From: Octopus vulgaris | Lineage: Eukaryota | Length of the DNA stretch: 64,000 nt | Assembly: GCA_951406725.2 (NCBI GenBank) | Contig: OX597815.1 | Location: 167,338,001-167,402,000, forward strand | Direction: 5' to 3' | In this document: in pieces, positions 41,030 to 54,600 of the stretch | Layout: each line of letters starts with the position of its first letter | Position numbering within the stretch: position 1 is the stretch's first letter | Translations under genes and position numbers: made by a program | Notes under the pieces: model-generated | The model's database searches: none | What the model saw: the letters and a program-made list of their open reading frames with translations, nothing else | What the model was told of the DNA's origin: nothing

Positions 41030-41327
41030 TATGATGCTCTCTCCCGTCGAAGACGATGCGTCAGTGTTTAGCCTTTCCTTTGCCGAACGACCTGCAAAAT
41101 TACTTTGTATATAGAGATAAAACTTACATGCAGCGCATTACCTCACTCCTTCCAACAAATCGACGTTGCCTGAACAGGTGCACAGTTTGCCTCGCGGCAG
41201 GTGTCGATATTATTATAGAGCAACATGAGATGAAGTGTTTTGCTCAAGAACACACTACACCACCCAGTCTTGGAGTTGAAATCATGATCTCTCGATCTTC
41301 ATTCTAACACCCTACTAGACCATGCGT
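41030..41327 (-). mobile_element. Diverged tRNA/CORE-like SINE (family D relative)
   Basis: Minus strand GCATGGTCTAGTAGG...TTCAACTCC...GTTCTTGAGCAAAACACTTCATCTC. Confidence 0.6.
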
Positions 41328-41328
41328 C

Positions 41329-41364
<36 letters not shown>

Positions 41365-41396
41365 GTGGGCGTGCGCGCGCGCGTGTGTGTGTATAC

Positions 41397-41833
41397 ATTC
41401 TTTTATACTTTTATTTGTTTCAGTTATTTGGCTGCAGCCATGCTCGAGCACCGCCTTTAGTCGAACAAATCGACCCCAGGACTTATTCTTTGTAAGCTTA
41501 GTACTTCTCCTATCGGTCACTTTTGCCGAACTGCTAAGTTACGGGGACGTAAATCCACCAACATCGGTTGTCAAGTGATGGTGAGGAGACATGCACAGCT
41601 ACACAATCATATACATATATATACGACGGGCTTCTTTCAGTTTCTGTCTACGCCTATATATATATATATATATATATATACAGATGTGTGTTAAGAAGCT
41701 TGCTTCACAACACATGGTTCCAGGTTCTCTCCTACTGCGTGGCACCTTGAGCAAGTATCACCTACTATAGGCTGGGGCCAACCATAGACTTGTAAATGGT
41801 CTGAGTAGGCGGCAACTGAAAGAAGTCCGTCGT
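41397..41833. mobile_element. Two SINE-A pieces in opposite orientation (41397-41657 minus, 41683-41833 plus)
   Basis: Both are homologous to 45896-46308. Confidence 0.75.
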
Positions 41834-41857
41834 ACATATATATATATATATATGTCC

Positions 41858-42314
41858 TTGTGTGAGGAGTGTAAACATATTACGTATGAGATGGCTTGGG
41901 TATTTTAGCCGTATGGAAGATGGCAGAGCTTGCTAGGGGCACTAGGTTTGTGGGAAGACCGTTCCTACGATAAAAGGATGTTTGCAAAAGGGACATGAAG
42001 GCATGCGACATCAATATTAGCAACTGGGAAGCAGCTGCCAGCAACCATGGAGATTGGCGACGCACCGTAGAAGAGGGAACACAAAGGAGTGACAGAGGGA
42101 GAGAGGAGAAATGGAAAGACGTCAACAAGAAACTATGACATTACAACCAGCCAGGAACAGTCTTCGCTACATTTGCGGCACCTGCCAGAGGGAGTGTTTG
42201 TCCAGGATAGGACTACACAGCCGCAGCAAGAGATGTATTAGGACATGAAATGTAAAAGCTGGACTAGATTATTTTATGCGCAAATCCATTGTCTACCGAG
42301 ACAAAAACGATGCC

Positions 42315-42328
<14 letters not shown>
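41858..42328 (+). mobile_element. 3' end of an RTE-clade LINE
   Basis: MRWLG..RMEDGR, GRPFLR*KDVCKRDMKACDI..NWEAAA...WRRTV, C-terminal CxxC...SRIGLHS..RC, then a (CAA)n tail. Confidence 0.8.
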
Positions 42329-42374
<46 letters not shown>

Positions 42375-42386
42375 AATGTATGTATG

Positions 42387-42418
<32 letters not shown>

Positions 42419-42740
42419 AATTTAAAATGAGGGTGAGAAATTTCATATTTAATTAATATCAATTTCAGATCAGTGGTCTAGCATATAAAAAGACTGAAGG
42501 TTCAGTCAAATTGTATTATATACATATGAGAGGGGAACCACTATGTGCTATGATCCGCTATGGTCTTACCACTAAGAAATGTTCTCAAGAAATAAATTCA
42601 GCAAATAACCAAAACGTAATCGAGCAAGACAAAAGAAAAGAAATAAAAATATGGCTTATTCCCATGCATGTCCGTACATCTTCGGTGAGACCGTCCAAGT
42701 GAATATAATTTACAGAACTGTATACTTGAACGTCCGCACA

Positions 42741-42945
42741 AAGTCGGACTTGTAAACAGTTCTACACATTTACACTCGTGGTTACTATTCAAATGTCCTC
42801 GTATACGTTCTCTCACCAGCAAGGGCCACTGCAGTAAATCATTTTCTGCAGTATCATTTTTTTCCGGTAATTTAGCGCGCCAAAACGAGGACATTTGAAT
42901 AGTAACCACGAGTGTAATGGGTAGAACTGTTTACAAATCCGACTT
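42741..42945. repeat. Inverted repeat (about 62-bp arms) in a repeat family also present at 63200-63535
   Basis: AAGTCGGACTTGTAAACAGTTCTAC...GTGGTTACTATTCAAATGTCCTCGT is mirrored at 42884-42945; ATTTAGCGCGCCA is shared with about 63240. Confidence 0.8.
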
Positions 42946-43236
42946 ATTACGCACATGCTTTTCGCATAAATACACACATTTTTGTGATAGGCTTATAATG
43001 ACGACCTATCTTGTCAGCCTAAATATCTTTACCATATTATATAAATTCTCTAGTGACAGATAATAACTCATGTTCAAAACTCGCGGGATTTTGCTATTCC
43101 CAAGAAGCATGTTTATAAAAGTTCTTATTTATCTATATATACTTCTAGGTTAATCTTCTTTATAACATATTTAAGATTCTTCCGTAACGACATCCTGTTC
43201 AATTTAATTGAATCGTTTCAGACTTCATGCTGCTTG

Positions 43237-43271
<35 letters not shown>

Positions 43272-43489
43272 TGTGGGGTGGGGTAGGTATTCTCATACAT
43301 ATAGCAGTAATCCGACTTTGCAACAGTACTTTCCAAGAAACCTTCTGAAAGAGGATATGTAGTGAGCGATCAGAAACAGTACCATATAGACAAGAATCAA
43401 ATATTTTCTACATATGTATATTTCAGGTGTTTATTTCTTTTGTATATACTTATCATAAATTGTTGCTCTAAATACTCATTTCAAATTTT

Positions 43490-43690
43490 TTGGGGCACAA
43501 AACAAGTAAGTTCTGGGGGAGAGTAAGTTGATTACATGGACCACAGTGCTCAACTGACACTCTTTTTATCGACCCCAAAGGGATGAAAGACAAAGTTGAA
43601 CTCGGCGGAATTTGAACTCAGAATATCAGAACGGACGAAATAGCCGAAGCATTTTCCCGACATGCTACCGATTCTGGCAGCTTGCCTCCT
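43490..43690 (-). mobile_element. SINE family B, diverged
   Basis: Reverse complement of family B core. Confidence 0.7.
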
Positions 43691-43899
43691 TGTTGCTTTA
43701 AACATTATTGCTTGTTTCGTTATTTATTTACTGTTTTCACTTTTGACAGATATTGCTCATGTTTCAGAGCTGCCTATATTTTCAAACACGCGAAAATGTA
43801 TTGCACACCATAAGTATGTCCCAATTTTTGATACAAACATACATACATACATACATACATACATACATACATACATACATACATAATATGTATAAGTAC

Positions 43900-44042
43900 A
43901 TGGTAAGTAGCTTGTTTGCCAACCACATGGTTCCGCGTTCAGTCCCACTGCGTGGCATCTTAGGCAAGTGTCTTCTACTATAACCTCAGGCCGACCAAAG
44001 CCTTGTGAGTGGATTTGGTAAACAGAAACTCAAAGAAGCCCG

Positions 44043-44110
<68 letters not shown>

Positions 44111-44425
44111 GTACGCATGTATGTATGTATGTATGTATGCATGTATTTATGTATGTATGTATGTAGGTAGGTAAGTAGGTAGGTAGGTATGTGCGTGTAT
44201 ATGTTTGTGTGTCTGTGTTTTGTTCCCCACCACCAATATCACTTGACACATAACGCTGGTGTGTTTACATCCACGTAACCTAGCGGTTCAGCAAAAGAGG
44301 CCGATAGAATAAGTACTAGGCTTACAAAGAATAAGTCCTGGGGTTAATTTGCTCGACTAAAAGCGTTGCTCCAGCATAGCTGCAATCTTATGACTGAAAC
44401 AAGTAAAAGTATAAAAGGATAAAAG
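43900..44425 (+). mobile_element. SINE family A with expanded internal microsatellite
   Basis: Homologous to 45896-46308; (TA)n/(TATG)n at 44044-44200. Confidence 0.8.
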
Positions 44426-44445
44426 AATATATGTTTATATATATA

Positions 44446-44481
<36 letters not shown>

Positions 44482-44499
44482 CATATATATATGTGTGTG

Positions 44500-44719
<220 letters not shown>

Positions 44720-44721
44720 AG

Positions 44722-44777
<56 letters not shown>

Positions 44778-44899
44778 TTATATATATATACTGTTTCATT
44801 CAAGACTTCTAAGATTTTCTGAATGAAACGTACTAGTTTCTCATAATAAATATATATATATATATATATATAGTTCGTCAACTGTTCTGATTTTCTGTT

Positions 44900-45870
44900 G
44901 GTAAAGTTTATAATTTAAGTATCCTCATGAAAAGAAAGACTAGTGGCGCGAAGTCCGGTGAAAGTGGTGATTATTCCACTGCATCCCTTCGTCCAATCCA
45001 CTTGTTTGGCAACATCTCCTCATGTAGGCACTTACATTACTACACGATTGTGTGAATGTGTCCTATCTTGACGGAAATAAATCTCAGCACGTTCAAAATC
45101 CTCTTGAATGCTTGGCATGACAGATTATCGCAGTTTGTTCAAGTATAAGTGACCAGTTGCCGTACGGTTAAACAAAAAGCAATACTCCAGCTAATCTTTT
45201 TAATTGACGGCACCATACTGTAACTCCTGGTAAATGAACATGACGTTACTCCGTAATATACAAGATCCCAGATCCCCTGTGAAAGGGTAAATGTGGTGGT
45301 TAATTGAGCTATTTAATTTAAATGCATCCTCACCACTTCAAACAATCTTTGTTGAAAGGAGTGATTCTTCTACACATCTTGCCAAGTTCCACTTGTAAAA
45401 CTTCACTTTCTGGTCTGAGTGCAGAGACTTTTCTTGGAATGCACTTTTCCAATGTCAGTGCTTCGAAAATGCGCTGAAGTTTGATTTTGAAATTCTTGCT
45501 TCACAATTCGTTTATCGCTCACATTGTTTTCAAATCTGACAATAGGCTCTTATGCCCTTCTTGTTTTGTTGGGATCATAGATGTCCGCGAATTTTCAGAA
45601 CGATTTTTGTGGACATTCTAAACAGTTCTGCCATCTTCAAACTTATCTCTAATCTGAGGGATAGCAAGTCACGTGGGTAGATCAGTTTGGAACTTCCGCG
45701 ACTAAACTGTCTCTTCACTTTAACTTTCAAACTTCCAGTAGCAGTTGAGGATAAATTTTGTATGTCCAAAGCTTAGCCTGACTCGACCCATTGTTCCTAA
45801 CGGGATAAAAAAATGTTAATTTAGTGAGTTATCAGCTGTTAAAATATGTATACATATTTGGGGAGACACT
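44900..45870 (-). mobile_element. Heavily decayed Tc1/mariner-like remnant
   Basis: The minus-strand end TA-TAGTGTCTCCCAAATATGTATACA resembles a Tc1-type TIR next to (TA)n; only vestigial transposase-like sequence inside. Confidence 0.35.
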
Positions 45871-45895
45871 ATATATATATATATATATCCAATAT

Positions 45896-46308
45896 AGGCG
45901 CAGGAGTGGCTGTGTGGTAAGTAGCTTGCTTACCACCCACATGGTTCCGGGTTCAGTCCCACTGCGTGGCATCTTGGGTAAGTGTCTTCTACTATAGCCT
46001 CGGGCCGACCAAACCCTTGTGAGTGGATTTGGTAGACGGAAACTGAAAGAAGCCCGTCGTATATATGTATATATATATATGTGTGTGTATGTATGTTTAT
46101 GTGTCTGTGTTTGTCCCCCTAGCATTGCTTGACAACCGATGCTTGTGTGTTTATGTGCCCGTTACTTAGCGGTTCGGCAAAACAGACCGATAGAATAAGT
46201 ACTGGGCTTACAAAGAATAAGTCCCGGGGGTCGATTTGCTCGACTAAAGGCGGTGCTCCAGCATGGCCGCAGTCGAATGACTGAAACAAGTAAAAGAGTA
46301 AAGAGTAA
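45896..46308 (+). mobile_element. SINE family A, full-length (tRNA-like head, CORE-like segment, internal microsatellite, GAAACAAGTAAAAGAGTAA tail)
   Basis: Head GGCGCAGGAGTGGCTGTGTGGTAAG...GGTTCAGTCCC (A/B-box-like) and CTTGGG(C/T)AAG; more than 10 homologous copies in the window. Confidence 0.85.
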
Positions 46309-46717
46309 TATACATTTCTACCAATCAAACTACTTACATTCAAAATTTAAAATTTCTCTATTAGAAATGTTCATGATAGTGTGGAGAAACCCTTATGCTT
46401 TTCCCACCACTTCAAGTGATTAAAATATGGTGCGAAAAGGGTTAATGTCGTTATCCCAATTTCTTTGTAATTTCTTCCCAGTAACTTGATACTTCCATCA
46501 ACTAAGAACTGAGATTCTGTCTCTTACTTTGTAGTTATTTTCATTAATATCGTCGTGTTTGTTATTGTTATTAGACAGTTTCTTTTGATTTCACAGATAT
46601 CAACTTTATGTGTGGTGTTGAGTTGATGGCGTAATAGAAGGGGATTGGTTCCCTATTTCTCTATATTTATTGTTTCCCTTCTTTTTTTGGCATTTTATCC
46701 CCCTTTTTTCTGTTTAG

Positions 46718-46843
<126 letters not shown>

Positions 46844-47538
46844 TCTATCCATCTATCTATCTATCTATCTATCTTTATCGGTGTCTCCGCAGTATTGTAG
46901 CTGCTTTGCTTTACACCAGGTCAACCCAGATTCAGTTGACCTACGATCAAATGCGACTCAGTCATGATCGTCCCGCTGGTCATTTGAACATTGCATATTT
47001 CAGACACTACAACCTATTTTGAGGTATCAGTTCCCAATTTTATAGGGATTTAAAGTGAGTTTCGACTGTTATTTCTATTAGTAGACAAGGCTCCCTCCTT
47101 GTCTACATTTGGGTGCATTATCATTTGGGAGTGGTTATGCTTAGTTACTATCAATATATCTTGTGTTTCTCTATATTCCTATGTCTTTATCAATCTTTCT
47201 TTTGATATGTCTTTCTTCTCCATCTTTCATATACTTTTGGTTGTGTTTGCACTTTCTTAGTAAAACATCGTGAGATGTGGTTTGTAAACACATTATTAAT
47301 GTCATCACCATAATCTGTTCGGTTTGGATAAATATATTTGGTTTGAGTGTGTGTGTGAAGGAGTATATGTGTGTGAGAGAGAGAGAGTGTGTTACTGCGT
47401 CATCCTTATCCACATCTTCATCATCATCATTATCATATGTTCATACTTTTATATAAAAAAGTACATTTACTAGCACACACGTACCCCACTCCCACACAAG
47501 CATAAGCATATTAAGATATATGTATATATGTATATGTA

Positions 47539-47592
<54 letters not shown>

Positions 47593-48013
47593 TACATACA
47601 TACATACATACATACGTACATACATACATACATACTTGTTTATACATATCCATGCATATATAGATGTATATATGTAAATAAATACACACGCAGAATATAT
47701 GATCGACATATTACACTCGCATACATGCGTGAATACATACATATGTACGTAGATACATACATGCATACATACATACATACATACATACATACATACATAC
47801 ATACATACATACATACACACATACATACAAACATACATACATACACACAAACGTACATACATGCATAGTCGTACTTTTGATGAGTGTGAGAAATGGTAGG
47901 TCAAAATTTGTTGCAGTTTTGAATTACTTAAACTATCAAATCCCAAGAGAGCCTAAATAAACCAAACAAAAGCGAAATATACAAAATTACTAAAACATTA
48001 CAAAGCACATACG

Positions 48014-48054
<41 letters not shown>

Positions 48055-48513
48055 ACGCGTACACGCACACAGACACACACACACAGATATATATGTGTGT
48101 GTACATACATACATACATACATACATACATACATACATACATACATACATACATACATACATACATACATACATACACTGAGATGTATGTCTCCAGAACT
48201 GCTGTCAAAATCCAGAGTTGAACTACGGACAAGTTTGTGATATCACTTCCTTGATGTAGTTGTAGACAGTGTATTGTTGTTAGTCGTGTTCCTGTTGTTA
48301 TTCTTGTTATTGTTGTTTCTCTTGTTGTGACTGTTGTTTTTGCTGCTTTTATTATTGTTGTTGTTATTGTTGTTGGAGATGGTAGTGGTTGTTGTCGTAG
48401 CGGCGGTGGCAGTAGTCGTGATGTTATTCGTAATGATAGCTTGTCATTGTGATGGTAGTGGTTGCATTGTTGACAGCGATATGTAAGATTATATTAATAC
48501 ATCCTTGACTATT

Positions 48514-48705
48514 GTAGGCGAGGATCTGGCAGACTCGTTAGGACGCCAGGCAAAATGCTTAGCAACATATCGTCCGTCTTTATGTTCTGGGTTCAAATTC
48601 CGCCGAGGTCTACTTAGTCTTTCATCTCTTCGGAGTCGGTAAAATAAGTGCCAGTTGACCACTGGGGTCAATGTAAATCGACTTGGACTTTCCTCCAAAC
48701 TTGCT
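48514..48705 (+). mobile_element. SINE family B, diverged
   Basis: Family B head and core. Confidence 0.7.
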
Positions 48706-49366
48706 GAAACCAATAAATTCTAGCCCATTTTGACGATTATTTAAAATAAACTTGGCTGTCATTTCCGGCAGATTGAATGACCGCTTAGAAGCTACATTCG
48801 TTGACTCTTGTTAGCGTGTATAGCAGAGATGACCGTGTTGTCAAGGTGGACATATGTCCCTAGACACGATAGCATCTTCACAGTCATTGTCGTCATTGCT
48901 AAGCCACAAACCAACCTAGGTGCAGTAACATCGATCAAAAGTATTCCAGACATGATCAACCCGTTGGAAGATGAGAGGATTTACTTTGAGTTAGGGCTAT
49001 CTTAGCAACATCATAAGCTTCCAGGCAAATCAATGCAATGTAACCAATAGTATCTATTTATTGACAACAAGCTACTCGATACATAAATGAGAACTGGACC
49101 CCTAGTCCTATGAGGATCCCAGAAAACTGCCCTGTGCACCCATTCCTTTAGTTCGAATAACATGCTCCTTTCAAAACTAATGACCTTGTTTGTAAATCAG
49201 CAACCATTACAATTTCTTATGCTGATATTCTCAGTTCAAATGTCGACGAGCTCAATTCCTCCTTTTATCGTACTAGTCAAGAACTAGAAACAATGATATT
49301 CTTTAAAAATTCATGGCCGTCTGTTTAGATGGGATGCATGTAGGCACATATTAGGTTAGTGGTATA

Positions 49367-49872
49367 CCGTAAATTCTCAAGTATAGTCCACCCTTGAGTA
49401 TAATACGCAGGAGATTTTTATAGGGCTCTATCTCTGAAAAACCTAAACCTTGTGTATAATACGCACCCCTTCTTTAACTTGAGTCAAGGAGGTCTATATA
49501 ACGTGCTTGGTTTGTAAAACTATATACGGTAACGTCCTTTATCATTATTGTTTATATATCATAATGCAAACGTGTAGCTTTTTTGTGCATTTTGTTTGCA
49601 TAAAATAAAGAAATAACAGTAATAACATTTAATAAATGTTGCTTACTGCAAGTTATGGATGATTCTTTTATGACTTCATTGCTTTCATGCTTAACTTAAG
49701 GTATTTTCGCGCCCGACATCACAAAATGCGTCTGAATAAACATTGCCGGACAGCAAATAGAGACTCGGAGATTGCTAAGAAAATAATTTTCACCTCGTAT
49801 TTAGTACGCACTAGGAATTTTGACCTTTAAATTTTGGGGGAAAAATGCGGATTTATACTCGAGGATTTACGG
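49367..49872. mobile_element. pogo/Tc2-like MITE
   Basis: TIRs CCGTAAATTCTCAAGTATA / TATACTCGAGGATTTACGG flanked by TA at both ends. Confidence 0.8.
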
Positions 49873-50554
49873 TAGTCATATTATGTAAAGAAATTTCCCA
49901 TGATTCCCCTTTTGTATTTCATGGAATGATGATAAGCATGCAAACGTATGTGAGTAGGATAAATACGCACACTTAAAACAACAAAAAAACATACGTTCTG
50001 GTGTACTGAATTGACATGCCCACTCATTATATGAATACAAATTTTATCAGCTATATAACGTGCACTTTGAGTTATTCACATATTCGTAAATCCCTCGTAC
50101 CATGTTAATTGAACAAAAGAGTTTTCTCACTTCGTTAGTAAAAAAAAACTTACCCATAAGAATTTTTTAAAAATATCGAAAAACGGCTTGTGGAGTTGTT
50201 TATCGCTGAAACTGAAATTATTTGCTACTAGTAAAGCAAACAAGAGCATTAATGTTTCGGCCATAATTCAATATTCCAGTATTTTCATATCCACACGCAC
50301 GAAACTCAATGCTGATGCAGAAAAATTAGCAATCTATGAAGTGGATGCAATAAAAAGATATAATTTACGAATCATCAGTTTACTAGCAGGTTTACCCTCA
50401 TTATTCTGAGATTTAGGTCTTACAACATAAGCTTTTTATCTTGAAGATAGCATGCAGTTTACGTTTATCGATACAAGTTTTACTAAAACACTGCTTCTTG
50501 TTTCATACTCTTTTTTAATGAGGCTGGGCTCATCCCAGATAAGTGATCGTAGAG

Positions 50555-50885
50555 ACACCATCATGTGTAGAGCCTACAAGGTTCATCAGTGCTCTCCATC
50601 GATCGCTGTCCTGTGCCAGCCCCTTCGCATCCTGGATCTGGCTTTGTCGTAGCGAGGGGATTTGCATGTTCCATAAATCCGAGAAAGCATTGCCGTCTGG
50701 AGCCTCGTACCTGGTAGAACCACTCTAGGCCTATCTATCAGGGAGATAACAGACAAACGGTGGCCCATGCCGCGTTGGTTCGTCACGAAGATGGCAGCCC
50801 CAACATCCGTCTATTCTGCAGATGACCAACAACCCGCCCAGAAAAACCCTCAGCCCGTTACGACATCGACCAGAAGAAACTAAAA
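50555..50885 (-). mobile_element. Decayed RTE-type LINE 3' fragment
   Basis: Minus strand encodes LAQDSDRWRALMN, matching the RTE C-terminal AxDRxxWR motif. Confidence 0.5.
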
Positions 50886-51287
50886 CACTTTGTCGGTTAA
50901 AGGCGCTCATATAGGCGTCCCTTTTCTTTTCGCGTAATATTCGTAATTCTAATGTTGAATACTTATATTTTGACCCTTCTCAATAATTGATATTGTTTGT
51001 TGTCTTAATACTGTTATGGTTTCCTCACCTTAGCACTGATCGAGCCATCATGGTATAATTAAAAAGCAAATCAGCCTTAGCCATGCCTTTATTTATTCTC
51101 CTCATAATGTACTCCAATTTATGTTCATAACACTACATTTAAGATCATAGTTGCGTGATTTGAAAACAACTTAGTTATCATTTCTAGCAGTTTGAACGAA
51201 CACCAATTCATTGCTTATTGTCAATATTGATTATATTGCCTAGAAGATGCTTCAAAACAATTTTAGCCTTTAATCTCGCATTTTACA

Positions 51288-51342
<55 letters not shown>

Positions 51343-51442
51343 TTAATCCAAACATGAAAACACAAAGAGAAAACACAACAACGCGAGGACGTGGAACAAA
51401 TATAGTATTATTGGACGCTCAGGAAGTAAGGGAAGAAGGAGG

Positions 51443-51477
51443 GTTTAACATTTCGAGCGGAGCTCTTCGTCGGAAAC
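51443..51477 (-). ncRNA. Minimal hammerhead motif, core-mutated copy (repeat 51341-51548)
   Basis: GUUU-CCGACGA-A-GAGC-UCC-GCUC-GAAA-UG-UU-AAAC. Confidence 0.55.
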
Positions 51478-51588
51478 ATAGGAGAAAGAAAGATCCAGAG
51501 AAGGGAAGACAGAGGAAAAAATCGCCAACGGTACACACGCGGTCACATTTTGAATGACATATATGTATATGTACACACACAAACACGA

Positions 51589-51621
<33 letters not shown>

Positions 51622-54600
51622 CTTGCTTGTGTGTGAGAATGTGTGTTTGCGCTAACTTGTTGGGGTAGAAATAAATGTATCCATGTACAACAAAAGTTAA
51701 TATCGTTTTCTGTTTGTTTGTTGGTTTTTGTCCTTTTTCTGTTACCACGTGGTAAAAGATTAGCTGTGTTCGTGTTCTGATTTTACATAGGAACATGTTT
51801 ATATTAACTTAGACACACATATAATCATGCATCCACGGTTATATCCATCAGCACCCAGTGTTGCATAATAGATCCCAAAAAATGTACGTTTACACATAAA
51901 CAAGCTTACAGCTACATACATACATACATACGTACATACATACATACATACATACATACATACATACATACATACATACATACATACATACATACATACA
52001 TACATACATAAGCTTATAACTGTATATAGTGTGGATATATATATGTACATAGATATGTGTGCACGTGTGTGTATTTAAGAACCAAGTGAATGCATACATA
52101 CACATACCTTGGCTAGATAGATGACAGAGTCTACCCATGTTTGCACTGACTAGATTCTACATCTTTCTATCATCCGATATATACATCCCCGCTTCGTTTA
52201 ACGAAATAAATGACATGAATTAAATATGCCCACGATACGATCTTTTGACTTCTGCTGACAGCAGCTTATGAAGTCAATTTGTTCACATTGTCTACTCCCA
52301 AAGTCTTCTCCTCTAGTTACCCCCATCCAATCCCCCACTAGCGATATCTGTCTTTGAAGGGATTTGGTAACCACCGTATCTTCCAACTGTATCAGATTAG
52401 GCGTTCCTGTATTATTTTTCTTAAGTGATCTTCAAAGATGTGTGCGAGTCCGTATGTATATATATGTGCGTAGTGTGTGTATGTGTGTTTATGTGAGTCT
52501 CAAATTTAAGATGTCGAATTGAATGATTACATCAGATCCAAGTTATGGCAATTCCAGATGTATTTTAACGTGCGTTTCACTGCTTCGGCTTTGCTTTATA
52601 TTTTTATTACGATTAAATTATTTTTTTCTTTCTGTTAAAGCAAGGCAAGTAACATATTTTTTAATACGTACATGCAGAATTTGACACTTATTAAAGACGT
52701 TAAAGTAATTTTTTTAGATATTAGACGGACAATTAAATTTTAGGAAAGTTACATGAAAGCTTATATTTAAATGTATGTGTTAATTCCGCCAAAGATGAGT
52801 TCAGTCGGGAATGAAGTGGAAACTGGAAACTTTGTCGAGCGATAATTCCAAATTTAAGACACAGTTACATGATGTTCGCGTGTGTCATGTTTACGTAAGT
52901 TTGGGAGGATTTCGTCGTGTGTGTCATGGACTTATGCATAACATGACCTATGTATGTTGTAAGCAGTCAAATAAGAGAAAACAATATACTGAACACTGAA
53001 CTGACGTTTTAGTTTATTTGTGTCAAGCAATATAGTACAATCAGCAAAAATTCATTTTCCCGTTATAGATTGTCTTATGGATTCATAGGAAAAGATTGCA
53101 CACAAAATCAGTGTTACAACATTTAGAGAGAAATTCAACAGCATTCATAATTTCAGGTCCAACGAAGCACAAAAAGTGACAGTAAAAACATCAATAATAA
53201 TAATTCTTTCCAATTTTGGCACAAGAAAATTTTATTAGAAGAATGTATCAATCGATTACGAAGAACCCAGAACTTGACTGCTACATTATTTTATTGAATG
53301 CTGCGACCGCCGAAACTGGAAGGTCACGGGATTTCGGCCTTCCTCAAACTTCTCAGTAGCAGACGTCCGATTAGACACAGTAGTAGAATTCCTCCATCAG
53401 TAATCCATAGAATCTCAGTGTCTATCAGACACTGGTGTCGCAAATAACCAGTGGATTTATGAAAAATAATTAATTATAGATGATTGTATTAAACGACCCA
53501 ATTATATTTTAAATATGTATAATTAAAAAAACAAAAATTATAAGAAATCAAATATATTAGCCAACATACAGCCGGATGATGTGTGTACGTTGGCTATTTA
53601 TATCAGTTATGTTTGGTCAGAGTAGTCCAGGACAATAAGCACCCGCCTCTCACTGAATCGGATCCAAGCGGTTTAGAAAGCTTGTTTGGCAATGGTACGT
53701 CATTGATATGATCTTCATCAATGGCCCATTGCTTTTATGTTTCTTGAAATATTTTTTCTACATCTTCCTCCTCATTCAGCACATTGTCATTGACATACAT
53801 TTCAGAGTACTTTAATTTGATCTAAGGGTCAAGTTGCTAAATCTCACGACCTTAAATTCAATATTGTCCAGTAGAGAAAAGTCCTCTTCGCGTACTGTGT
53901 AAGTAGCCTTCTTTTCACAACGCCATCTTCTCTTCTTTCTCCATCAATTATTTAGCGATGGCCCGCCACTCATCTCCATGCCGGATTTGCTTCCAATCGT
54001 AGTAAGATAAGCATTGTACTACTGAGAGGATACATTCGGATTCATTAGTTTTTGGTCCTCAGTGTGTGGTGAGTCCTTTGACCATTCTGAGCGCTGCAAA
54101 TCTATAGTGAGATTTATGGTATCGATGGGACAGTACCCTCAGAGATCTGTTGTTTTAGTTGCTGATTCTATTGCTATCTACTACTCTTGATATATATTTC
54201 ACGCCTTTAGTTCCTCAGGCAGAAAGTCCTAAAGTGTACTGGCTGGGCTTTCTATGCTTCACCACAAGTTTCATTGCTCCTAACACCACGACTAGACACA
54301 ATTTTGATATTGCCCTATACGTTTCAGCACATTTGAACTTGTATAGTTACACTGACTCGTCTAGAATATATATTTTTTTGCCACGTCTACATTCACCATA
54401 TACTCATATTGCGTTATGAAGGTGATATCAAGCCGGGCGTCAATGCAACAGCCAAAACCTTTCACAGTCACCCCTAATTGTCCTGATCTATGTATTACCG
54501 TATGAACTTATGGGAGGCGCACGGCGCACCAACTAGAACTGTTGCATTGACTTCGGGCTTAGGAAGCTCGTACACACTCCCGCATATCTTACTGAATTCG

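Noticed and set aside
42870-42885. E2F-like site TTTTGGCGCGC (minus strand)
   Set aside because: A short motif inside a repeat family; no promoter context can be shown.
50584-50590. CUGAUGA on the minus strand
   Set aside because: Lies in RTE coding remnant (RALMN) with no GAAA or stems in register.
53302-53442. Possible mini solo LTR (TGCGAC...GTCGCA)
   Set aside because: No TSD, TATA or poly(A) support; too short to call.
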